In this document: in pieces, positions 51,600 to 62,629 of the stretch
Layout of the letters: each line of letters starts with the position of its first letter
Numbering within the stretch: position 1 is the first letter of the stretch
Origin: Utricularia gibba
Lineage: Eukaryota > Plantae > Magnoliophyta
Reading direction: 5' to 3'
Length of the DNA stretch: 64,000 nt
NCBI GenBank assembly: GCA_002189035.1
Contig: NEEC01000004.1
Location: forward strand, 3,348,001-3,412,000
Program-made: the position numbers and the translations under genes
The notes under the pieces: model-generated
Told to the model about the DNA's origin: nothing
The model's input: only the letters and a program-made list of their open reading frames with translations
Databases searched by the model: none

Positions 51600-54580
51600 A
51601 ATGTTTCCACGTAATTGCGTACATCATCCATTTCATATAATTCTTCCAAGAATAATAAAAGTTATTCATTACTCTGTAGTGCATTATCGTCCTTTTGCAA
51701 TATTGTAAGTAAAAGGAAACATTGCATTGTTTACCTGTTGAAAATGATTAAAAAAATTAACACATATGAATTCTACAGTAGCTATATACAATGACAAAGA
51801 GTTTACTGGATTTAGAAGTGACTTTTCTAGTGAATCGTCAATTAATAATGTATTACTAGTGTTATAACGATAGTTGAAGGTTGTATCGTCATTCCAAATG
51901 CGTCGTAAATCCTTAAATTTAATAGTGTTGAAGCTCCCCACCAATGGATATTTTTGTGTCAGTGTACATATTTATATCCCAACAAAATGCTAGATCTTTT
52001 CAACGACAACCTACAAGGATAAAGTCGACTATTTTAGGTACAATTCCATTACAAAGCAAAAATAGTTATTAGTGGTTAAATCATATCAATAATGCTATTC
52101 TATAAACTTACTCTTTTCATGAGGACCAAATGGCCATGTCAAACATTTCCATGAAAATATAAATTCGTTACAATGCACTTGATAAACAAAAATTTTCTAA
52201 TGTCATTGCAAAAATAGAAATTTTGTAACAAATAAATTAATAAGCCCTAATCTATACAAAATATGAATTTAGAAACAACAGTAGGTCGTAACAAATGAAT
52301 TTCGAGGTCGATCACAAGGAGCTTGTGCTTGTTAAGTGTTTCAGTAGATGTAGAGTTCGAAACAACAGTAGATCTTAGTCTAGGCTCATATTAACAGTAG
52401 TAAACAAGTTTAGTAAACAAAATCAGGTCTCAACGCTAAAGGTAACAAATACTGGTTTTAACTCAGAGTAATACTAAGATGCCTTAAAGGTCTGCAAATG
52501 GTGTGGTGTTAAAATGCCTAACTTAATTTATTATGTTCCTACACTCAAAACTTCAAATAACCTAAGTCTACTCAATTCATTCATCACATTTTCAGCTAAG
52601 CTAGTCTCCAATATCATCACGAACATTGTAATTAGGTCTACCCGCATGCAAAGCATATAGAATTAGGTCTACCCAATTCTACTAGTTATATTTCAAACTA
52701 ACACCTACTGTTTCCATCTTGATTTGTTGGTCAACTTCTAAATCAAACATCTTAGTTGTGAAGTTATTGTTCCCCTCTTTAGGTCTATCCATGGAATGAT
52801 ATAAACAAGAATTAAAAATAAATAAAAAATTTATTATTAACCCTGGATCCACACCACTATACTTTAACTTAAGGCATCTCTAAGGCCTAACTACTCATAC
52901 TTTGAAGGTAAAACATGATAACATTAATATAAAGTAGTGAAAATGCCAAGAACATTGTGAAAGAGTTGGTTGTAGAAACTAAAAACATCAACAAACGAAA
53001 GTAACGCTAGATTGGGTCTTGGTCTTTGTTCTTCACATTGGAGGTCTTCTCCAGAAAATTGCCCTTCCTTTTCCTTCTGGTTCAATATTCGTTGTGTTGG
53101 AGTTGGAGGAGAATCCCCCCTCGTGTGTGTGCTGAGAATTGCTCACACTCCTTTGCGATTCTCTCTCCTCTTGTTTTTTTCTCTCGCCTCACTTCCCAAA
53201 GTAAGTACAATCTCTGACAACTCAGCTGCTCCTGCCCCTAACCTGTAGGCTGTCGCTGCGACAATTTACTCATTGCTCCCTACTGCACGGTGACTTGTAT
53301 GAAATCCTTGTTTTTTCTATGATCTTGGGGTTGCTGCTAGACTTAAAATCGGATTAGAACATGGGTGGGCTAAATCCTCCCACTAATATCTCAAAAATAA
53401 CATTTTTCTAAGTTATATAAAAATGCTTAAAATTATAAAATAAGTAATAAAAGCATAATTAAAAAACTATAATTATCATATCCTAAAACATGAAAATTTG
53501 TGTGCTATCAGCACTCGATAAGTAGTTAGAGTGATAAAATTGTACTACTTATTTGCTCTCCACTCGAGAATGCAGTTATACTTTACTACCACACATCCCT
53601 TGTTCATGTACACAACATCTACAAATAGACCATTAATATTTAAAATGATTAATTTTATAGGACTTGAAATATCAACTTCATGAAGAGCGTACATTGGATA
53701 TATTGTTTCGTATTGGTAGATGATTTTCTTCTGTTGGTTTACTTCTTTTTTGGCCTCCTCAAACTCAAAAAGCAATTGCATAACATCATTATCCTCCACT
53801 TATTGAGGAGCAAATGTGTCGACAATCTCCTCGTTATAAACATCATGATGTGCTATATGCTGTCCTTCTACCTGATGTTCTTCAAGATGATTTTGCATTG
53901 TTCTTGTCCTACAATAAATGCCACATCAAATACATATTGAAGCTCTCACATTCAAAGTTGGTAGTTTAATATCTCTCCATCTCATGTATTTTTCTATTCA
54001 AGAGTTGGATAACTTAGAATATAAAAAACTATTAGTTGAAAACATAAAAAATGCTTAGAAAATCAAAAGAGTGTTAGAAATAAAACTTTTTCTACTTGTT
54101 GATTTTCCAACATTGGACAAGATTGAAAGTTGTCTAGGTATTCTTATCCTCGCGTCTTCTGGTGGAATGATCCATATGAAACTAGTCAATCAATCTCCAT
54201 AAGAATTTCATAAATCTGTTACAATTTTAATTTTTGTGAGCAACCTTGGAGCACTTTGCAATGCTAAATAATGTATCAATACTAAGCGGATATCCATCAT
54301 CTTCACATAACCTCATAAATACAATGATATTTTCAATGGAAGCTGGTGTTAAATGAGATATTGGAAGACTCATTGAATGGCACAGACTCAAAAAATAGTT
54401 GGATAGGTAATGTTAACCCACATCTAAAATGTTTGATAACTACAAAAGCATAGGTATCAACACGTTGTAGTGGTTGATCTAAAATTTATTCATCTAAAAT
54501 GGAGATCACGTAAAATCGTGAAGATTGAGTGTTCAAATCGAACAATATTGTATAAGGTGGGGAGAGGGTGGGTTGACATG
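51600..54580 (-). pseudogene. Chimeric pseudogene: Transposase_28-like (Tat antisense-ORF type) N-terminus plus FCP1/NIF-like HAD phosphatase C-terminus
   Basis: Minus-strand order: FRCGLTLPIQLFF, SLPISHLTPASIENIIVFMRLC, D*LTSFIWIIPPEDAR, acidic linker, KLIILNINGLFVDVV, YRVH|CNEFI..EMFDMAIWSS (split by the LTR), LAFCWD, FKDLRRIW, NTLLIDDSLEKSLLNP, NAMFPFTY, DVRNYV. Confidence 0.75.
52180..53510 (-). mobile_element. Solo LTR of a family-B-related lineage
   Basis: TGATAAACAAAAATTT (52180) ... TGTGTGCTATCA (53510), termini like the reverse B LTR; TSD GCACT (52175-52179, 53511-53515). Confidence 0.88.
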
Positions 54581-57038
54581 TATTGTGGTGTGGATGCAAT
54601 TTAATTGAAATAATTAGATTTGTTGCCAATTTTATCTAAACAGAAAATAAAATTATTAGAATAAACCAACTGATATAAAACAAGAGTCACAAAATATTCA
54701 TAAAAAATTAGTCAAATAATGAAAGTAATGAATGTTATAAATGTAATTTACATTATTTATTATTTTTAAATTCTCCTTCTCCATTAGAAAAAGCTACTAG
54801 TGCATTCTCCTTCTAAATCACCTTTTCATTCTTGTCTCCCCCCATCCCCTTCATTTTAAAAGAATGATCAATAGAACATTGTGTTTGCTTTGAGAAAATT
54901 GTCATAATGAGAAATGCTTAATTAGAAATATTAAATGGGAAAAGATATGTTTTAATAGAGGTATATTTTAAATATTATGCTTAATTTGAAAAGTAAAAAA
55001 TAAGATAGGAAACATGTTGGATAATTATATCTTTTTAAATAAACCATGATTGAAAATATATATTCTTTTCAAAATACATATAGAATATCAATTTATTTGA
55101 ACAAATCCAGAAGAAGTTTGTGGAAGGAAGAATAATAATAATAAAAAATATGGTGAATAATAATATTAAAAAAGAATAAAATTATTTTATATCAATTGAT
55201 ATTTAAATTCCTATCCCTCTCTCTTCTATTTCTTTCCCAAGTTCTAAATATTTAAAATTTATAATCTACATTTTTTAATTACTGAAGAAAAAATTAATTT
55301 CATATCCCTCTAGCAAACATAGCCTTAGATGGTTATGAGGAAAATGTTAAAATTAGAGTGGATATTTTTTAAACCCATGTATCTATCTTGTGACATTGGA
55401 AAATATCCCCAAATTGGAGTTTAGATGAATTTAGCCACATATGAAATATATCTACTTGATAGACAAGGATGGAACAGACCCAGATATGATGAATTGGCAA
55501 CAAGATTATAGATACAAGGGATTTGAGCATACAAAAAAACGCATTTTTTTCAGGATGGGACAGCAAGGCATGGGCTTCGTCTCGATCTCGCTCCCCATGA
55601 ATTAATATCAAGAGCCAGCTGTCACGTGAGGAGACCAACAGAATTAATTAGATAATACAAAATGAAAGTGATTTATGAGCGAGCTGTAGGTCTATTTACA
55701 ATTATATTCAACATAAAAAAATTGTATTTTACTCCATCTTTTCTTTTCTCTCCTATTTTATATACAAAAATAATGAAATATTGTTTACTGCATTTATGAA
55801 TATGAGCACATTAGATTTATATTCTATTTATCTTGTGCAACTTATTAAAATTAAATACATGATTATAAACAATTCAAAAAATAATTACGAAAATCTCATT
55901 ATTTTGTAAAGAAACTTAGCTCCATATGTCTCCACTATTTACTAAAACTAGTACAATAAATGTATAATATTTAATAAAAATGCTATGGTTAGTCTTTATT
56001 GACATATTTAGTTTCTAATTTTTAATTGGAATATATTTAATCTACATATTTTGATGTTTGATTATATTTAATCCTCTATTTTTTTAATTCAGTTATTTTT
56101 TTATCTTTTCTATTTAAATATAAATTATCATTAATTTTCAATGGAATATATTTAATTTTCATTGTATTCATAATTTGATAAAATTGATCCTTATTTTTTC
56201 AACTATCATCCAACCACCGTCCACAACCATACCCGTTGCACATGGCACATCACCACCCAGGCGATGGATAAGGATGATGAGCGATGGGTGATGTGGCTGG
56301 CAGTGGCCATTGGTGATTGATAATGATAAAATTGAATTAAAAAAAAAGATTTTAAATTAATGATTGATTTTATCATTAGTGTAAATAATGTAGATCATTC
56401 TTACTCGATAACTAATTATAAATAGTTTTGAAATAGTACGATTTATATATTGTTTTTCAAGACTAATTACGTTATTTATGTAAATAGTGGGTTATTGCCT
56501 TATTGGCGTAATTCTCTTGTAGATTTTTTTAAAACATGAAATATATACACTAAAAAGTAATGAATAATTGAAACGTAAAAAAGTGCGTCAAAAGTATTCT
56601 AATAAATGATACAAAAATATGTTTTAGAATGATACATTTTATTTAATTAAGATAATAGTTCTTATCATTTTTTATAAATATTATTTAATAATAAATAAAT
56701 ATAAGATATTATATTCATTATATTTGTCTGTGTATATATACTGTAATACTAGATATGCATATTTTCAATACTTCTATCGATATATAATTTTTTATTAATT
56801 TAATTTATATTTTTTAATAGATGATAATTATTAAAATGGACGATTTTTAAAATTTTATTTTGTATAATTATTTCGACTCCCCACCATTTACTTGGCTTTT
56901 CTTTTTCACTCTTCTGGGGGTCGCCTTCAATCGCGACCTTGCCTGAACTCCGCTCCCCGATCCCCACCTCCCTACACACGCACAATTTCGGTATATTGAT
57001 ATTCCAAAACTGTGGGCTTTCTTCCTGCTTTTGCTTAA

Positions 57039-59374
57039 ATGAGCAGAGCAGCAGCGCTGCAAATGCGATCGCCGTTTGTGAATATGGAAATCCCCGATGA
57101 TCCGGCGCCGTTTATACGATCGGAGTTCCTGCAAGTACTCCGTGCTCGTCGCTCTGCGGAAGGTCATTCAAATCCTCTCACGCGATTCCTTGATTTATTG
57201 AGCATTTTGAATGCTGGATAAAGTTTACACGCTTGTGCTAATGGAGAACCTCTGCAGTTCCTCTTAGTGTAGTGCCTGCCGCACCTGTTGGAGATCCACT
57301 TTTTCAAGTTCCTCCAACGCCGGAGAGCAGGAAGGTTGATTGCTTCTTCAATTCTGCCGTTTCAGGATATTCTTTTTTTAATCTTATATTGTGATTAAAT
57401 TTAGGTGATGGAGTCCTGCCCGAGAAGAGAAATTTCAAATTTCAATGAGCTCATCGTGGAAGAGAACTTCTACTTGACTACCGAGGCATGATGAGATACT
57501 ACTGTGTTCATATGAACTTCCTCTGATTTTAAAAAATTTCATTAGAAATGGTGGCTTTTCGAGAGGATCCTAAAAATCGAACTCCTCGACAACTGTTTCA
57601 GAGTCAACAGTCTGTTATTGTTCTTCTATGTGAGAATATCTTCCAAATCTGGAAACATGCTTTATCAGTATACTTTCCATGTAGGAAGGAGAACAGGGAA
57701 TGTTACCTGTTTTATTAGTAAAACTCAAGGAAAGCTCTCCCAGAAGAAGGCCAGCAATTGTCATCTTGCATAGCACTAACAAATGCAAAGAGTGGTTGCT
57801 ACCTTTACTTGAGGTAGCGCATAGCAATTGTTCTCGACATTTATACCAGTGCATAATCCATTTTTTCCGCTCACATCTGATTATTCCAGGCATATGCTTC
57901 GAGGGGTTACATATCCTTAGCCATTGACTCACGTTATCATGGAGAGCGTGCTAGAGTAACAACTTATAAAGATGTGGGCTTCCACAGTATTTAGTTTGTT
58001 TTACTGCTTATGAAAAACTCTAAAATCTGTTTCTGATTTTGCTGTAGGCTCTGGTGTCATCCTGGGACATTGGAAACACAATGCCTTTTATATATGACAC
58101 TGTATGTAATTTGTGTTTGAAAAATCAATGGTTGTATGCTACAGAATTAACATAATTGGATTATTGCAGGTCTGGGACTTGATAAAATTAGCTGATCATC
58201 TTACCGACAGGGAAGATGTAGATCATGATAGAATCGGAATAACTGGTGAATCGCTTGGAGGTGGGGTGGATTTCCTCGAGTCAATGTGCTTGCTTGTTGG
58301 AAAGAAAATCACCGGCATTCGTTATTATATTCAATTTATGCTCATTCGTTTGATTGTTTTCTCTTCTACTTAACCCAGGAATGCATGCGTGGTTTGCTGC
58401 AGTTGCTGATACTCGATATTCAGTGGTTGTCCCTATAATTGGGGTTCAGGTAGACCTAACAACTTGTCCTTTGGGATATTTAAATCAGATATCGTGTGCT
58501 TAATGTGTATTTTTCAGTTGTAGCTACTCCGAATCTACTAGTATAGAATATTTACCTTCAAGTTTCAACCTTAAAAAACCATTTAACTATCGATCATCCA
58601 CACGTCATCCACCTATGAAGTATCTTTTGTGTTAATAGAAGGTAAAGACTATTTCAGGGCTTTCGATGGGCTATTGATCATGACAAGTGGGAGGGCCGTG
58701 TAAACAGCATCAGAGCTGTATTTGAAAGTGAGATAGTTTAAATGAGAATCGGCATTTATTTCTATTAGTTTGAGAGTCGGATCTCATGATCTTGAATTTA
58801 AGTTCTTGGTTTTCAGAAGCAAGAGCTGATTTAGGAAAAAGTTCAATTGATAAAGAAGTGGTGGAGAGAGTGAGTCTTTCTCTCATCCTACCATTCCGGC
58901 TTTCTCCCTCCCAAACGTCTGTAGTGGATGAATGTTGGTAATTCTTCTAAACAGGTATGGGATAGAATAGCTCCTGGCCTGGCTTCTCGTTTCGATTCTC
59001 CTTATACTCTTGCAGCAATTGCACCTCGGCCCCTGCTCATATTGAACGGTTAGCAAACGCATTGGTGCTCGAGCTTAGGAGAAAAGGAACCCAATTAGTG
59101 ATTGCTTTGACTTACAGGTGCAGAAGATCATCGTTGCCCCCTTGATGGATTGGAAGTTCCGGAAACGATGGCGAAGCAGGCATATGAAAAGCACCACTCG
59201 GAACAATATTTCAAGGTGCGGTAACTCCCACTAACGCAAAAGATGGTGAGCTAACTCTCACCTTTCTTTCCTCTTCCTCACCAGCTAGTAGCAGAGCCAG
59301 GGATCGGCCATGAAATGACAGTTTCAATGGTCAAACAAGCCAGTGACTGGTTCGATCAGCACTTGAATCCGTAA
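57039..59374 (+). CDS. Alpha/beta hydrolase superfamily protein (esterase/peptidase-like)
   Basis: Exons give PAIVILHSTNKCKEW, AIDSRYHGERA, RIGITGESLG|GMHAW (GxSxG), FDSPY...IAPRPLLILN|GAEDHRCP and EPGIGHEMT; stop TAA 59372-59374. Confidence 0.92.
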
Positions 59375-59856
59375 AGTAGCAGCAGCAGCAGCAGCCATAT
59401 TTTTATCATTTCAGTGAGGTATTGCTTTTTCAACTCAAGTGCAACACCTTACCTATCAGCGTTGTTTCTCTTTTTATACCATTCGCAATAAAAGAGAAAC
59501 AACTTTGTTTTCAAATTTCTCATTTAATTGATTATTCATTTTTAAATCCATTAATCAATATTGAATAGTTATTAATCCACACAAATAACGAAATTATTAA
59601 CTAAATATCCGATATCATTTCAGGCATTAGCATATGAAATTATTCAAAAACAAAAAAACCTTACGAATCCTCTCAAACAGAATTCAGATTTTATAAAAAA
59701 ACACTAAAATGTCATTTGATATTATGTTTAAAAATAATGTAATTAGGTATATATACTCAATTGTAATGTATATAACAAATTGTGTTAGATGAGAGTAATG
59801 AACTATAGGATGAGTTAAGGCTAGAGTTGTGACCGGTTCTATATGGAACGATTTTC

Positions 59857-60894
59857 TCAAACACAAAAATCTAAGTGTTTGCTATGTGAAAGTCAATACA
59901 TGCAATCAGTGTCACGTTGATAGATTTGGTCTTAACTAGGATTAAGGTAGAGTTGCAATAAAATACAATAAAGAAAAGTAACAAATTTCTAAGTTCGGTT
60001 GTTTTCTAAGATGAAATAGGTGATGCTTGGGACTCCTAGGGGATGTATGCTTATCACTAAACACGCTCATATAAACCATAAATCAAACAACTAACAAATA
60101 AAGTCCAGGTTTATCCAGACTCTTGTTTTCCCCGTAATCTTTGATCTACCTCTAATTATGGTTGTTAAGATGAGTTTCACTACTTCACTCTCCTGGATCT
60201 ATCCAGATTTGTTAAGGAAGTGGTGTGACTTATGATTGTTTAAGTCTAAAGATTGATTATCATATTTCTCCCATTTTCACCCCAAGGCACTCCTAAGTAT
60301 CTAGCCACTCATAACAATGGAAATGAAAGCATCTTCATAACATATCCTAAGTAACATTCTGTTCTCAAGGCTAAACAACAACTTAAGATGCATAACAGAG
60401 CATAAACAATAAATTGTTCACGTAGGGAAAAATAAAACTAGTCTCAGCTAGGAACAGTGTTAATCAAGAATGAAAGAAAATTTTTAAAGGGAAACTTGTT
60501 CTTCTAGATCGTCATCCTCCCCCTTGTTCCCCAAAAAAATTCTCCAAAAAGTTGTGTCGCGTGTCTCTAATGAGGAAGATCTCTTTTCTCTCTCCATCTT
60601 GTCCCCATTTTTGTCCAAAATCCTCATTTTTCATCTTCTTGGATTTTATATTCTTTTTTTTAGATTTTTGTCTCATCTTCTGCCATTACACAGTTCATAT
60701 CTGGCTCCTTGAGATTTGTAAAACCGACATGTGCTGCATTGCTCAAAGAAATTTATTAGAATTAAGGTTGGGAGTAAAAAAACACAACTATAGTACTATA
60801 CGCAAAAATATAGTACTAGGCAGTAAAACTTAAGTTTTGTAGTACAATATGAGTTATTTCTCTATATTCAATTACTAAAAAATATGTGTTATCA
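59857..60894 (-). mobile_element. Truncated family B LTR
   Basis: Matches 10.7-11.8 kb and ends AATATGTGTTATCA (60894). About 130 bp are missing at the left end; no TSD confirmed. Confidence 0.85.
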
Positions 60895-61701
60895 ACAACC
60901 ACATAGGCTACTGCTATTAGTACATTATGCTCATCTTCGCAATATACTTGTGAATTCATGCTCTACAAACATAAAAAAGAACAGATTCTGATATACGTCT
61001 TTTTTATATAAAAATAGATCCAATCTTTTGCCCAAGGATGAAGGAAGAAGAGAAAATTAAGTCAGTCAATTTTTCATTTTTAAATAAAAAATGGAATTGG
61101 TTAATTTACAATTTGTATTCTCTACAACTTGAATATTCATGTTGTTGACCAACTCAGAAGTTAGCGCTTGATTTATAGAGTTGTTTTGTGGAGATTTTCA
61201 CTCCATAGAAAAGATATAAATATAGAGAGACCAATAAGAAAAAAAACACAACTACTAGGTTTTGATAAGAGAAATAATTTTTGAAGGAGTAAAAATGAGA
61301 AAACATGTCCTAATATAGATAAACCTTCCCCACTCTCCATTTATATATACCATTCGCATGCTCAAAAAATAAATATGTTATACAAGATTAACATACATAT
61401 ACTAGTTAATCAAATAATGATTTATGTATAAACTTAAATATAAATCTTCTATATTATATTATTAAATACCTTTAAACCAAATTCAGATTTTACAAAAACA
61501 CTAATATGTACATGTTGATGGATAGGGATTCGATGAATATACAAGAAAAATTTAGAATCAAGTGAAATTAAACTGAATATGAAAGAAAAATAATTTCAAA
61601 ACATAAATCATGATAAGTGAAACATATCCAAAAGTAAAGTGATCCAAATATTACAAACAAAAGTATGTCAAAAAAGGTACCAGAAACCCAAAATAAGTCT
61701 T

Positions 61702-62235
61702 TGTTAAGGGCGAAAATCGGAGTCCAAGGTGGAACCGATTTTCGGGTTACTGGTGCAGCTGAAAATACCACACCTATTCATGCTTCTTTATGATTAGCTC
61801 GATTCGACCAGCAAAAATAAAAGTGAGTGGAGATTTTTACGTGGAAACCGCCAAAGGACGGAAAAACCACGGAGCTATCGGAGCTCGCCGGAGAAAATCT
61901 TTACTAGACGGAGATAGTGAAGAAAGGTACAAGTTGATGGGCTTCGAGTCGAACCCTTTCTCCGTTATGATATCTTCTATTTATAGAAGAGGTTGATCTG
62001 ACCGAGTCCTGAGTTCTGCAGACGTCGGTTACTTTCTACGCCTGCTATGTGATCTCGCTTTTCAGATATTGGCCGCCTGCTCTGCCGTAATTCGGCCGCT
62101 TTTCATACTGTGCTATACAGCCACCGCTGTCAAATTTCTGACATATATCGGCCTGTCGACTGGTGCTATCTTGTCAGAGCTGCTTTTGGCGACCTTTTTG
62201 GAGCCGATTATCCTTAACCGATTTATACCCCATCA
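61702..62235 (-). repeat. Candidate 3' LTR of the Tat element
   Basis: Minus strand: purine tract AGAGGGGC(TGAA), then TGATGGGG...CCCTTAACA; internal CTATAAATAG TATA box at 61986-61977. Confidence 0.65.
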
Positions 62236-62629
62236 TTCAGCCCCTCTGATTTACCGACATTGGCTGATCCAAGGCAAGTCGGTGGATCAGAATTATGACT
62301 ATACTGATTTCGGGCATACCGCTTTTCTATGAGTAGGTCTCAAATCGATTCAAAATGATTTCTTCGCCATGCGTTGCTTCCTGGGCACGCCACACTTTTT
62401 TCCACTCATTCTGGGCACTCCAAACAATGTGCCGTTTCGCCTTCCGAATACCTCCCTTATAAATACGCCTTTTTTTCGTCATTTCTCCCCTTTGCTTTCT
62501 TTGTTCTTTCGTGAAGTTTCAGCGCCGTTCGTGCTTTGTCGTGTTCGCCGCCGTGTTACTCATCGGAAACCGCAAGTCCTTCTGGTATCTGTAGTTTCTC
62601 TGCATCTTTCTCACATTCCTGGGTTAGTT

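Noticed and set aside
56215-56310. Short inverted match CACATCACC / GGTGATGTG (possible hairpin or miRNA)
   Set aside because: Pairing is short and interrupted; no extended stem.
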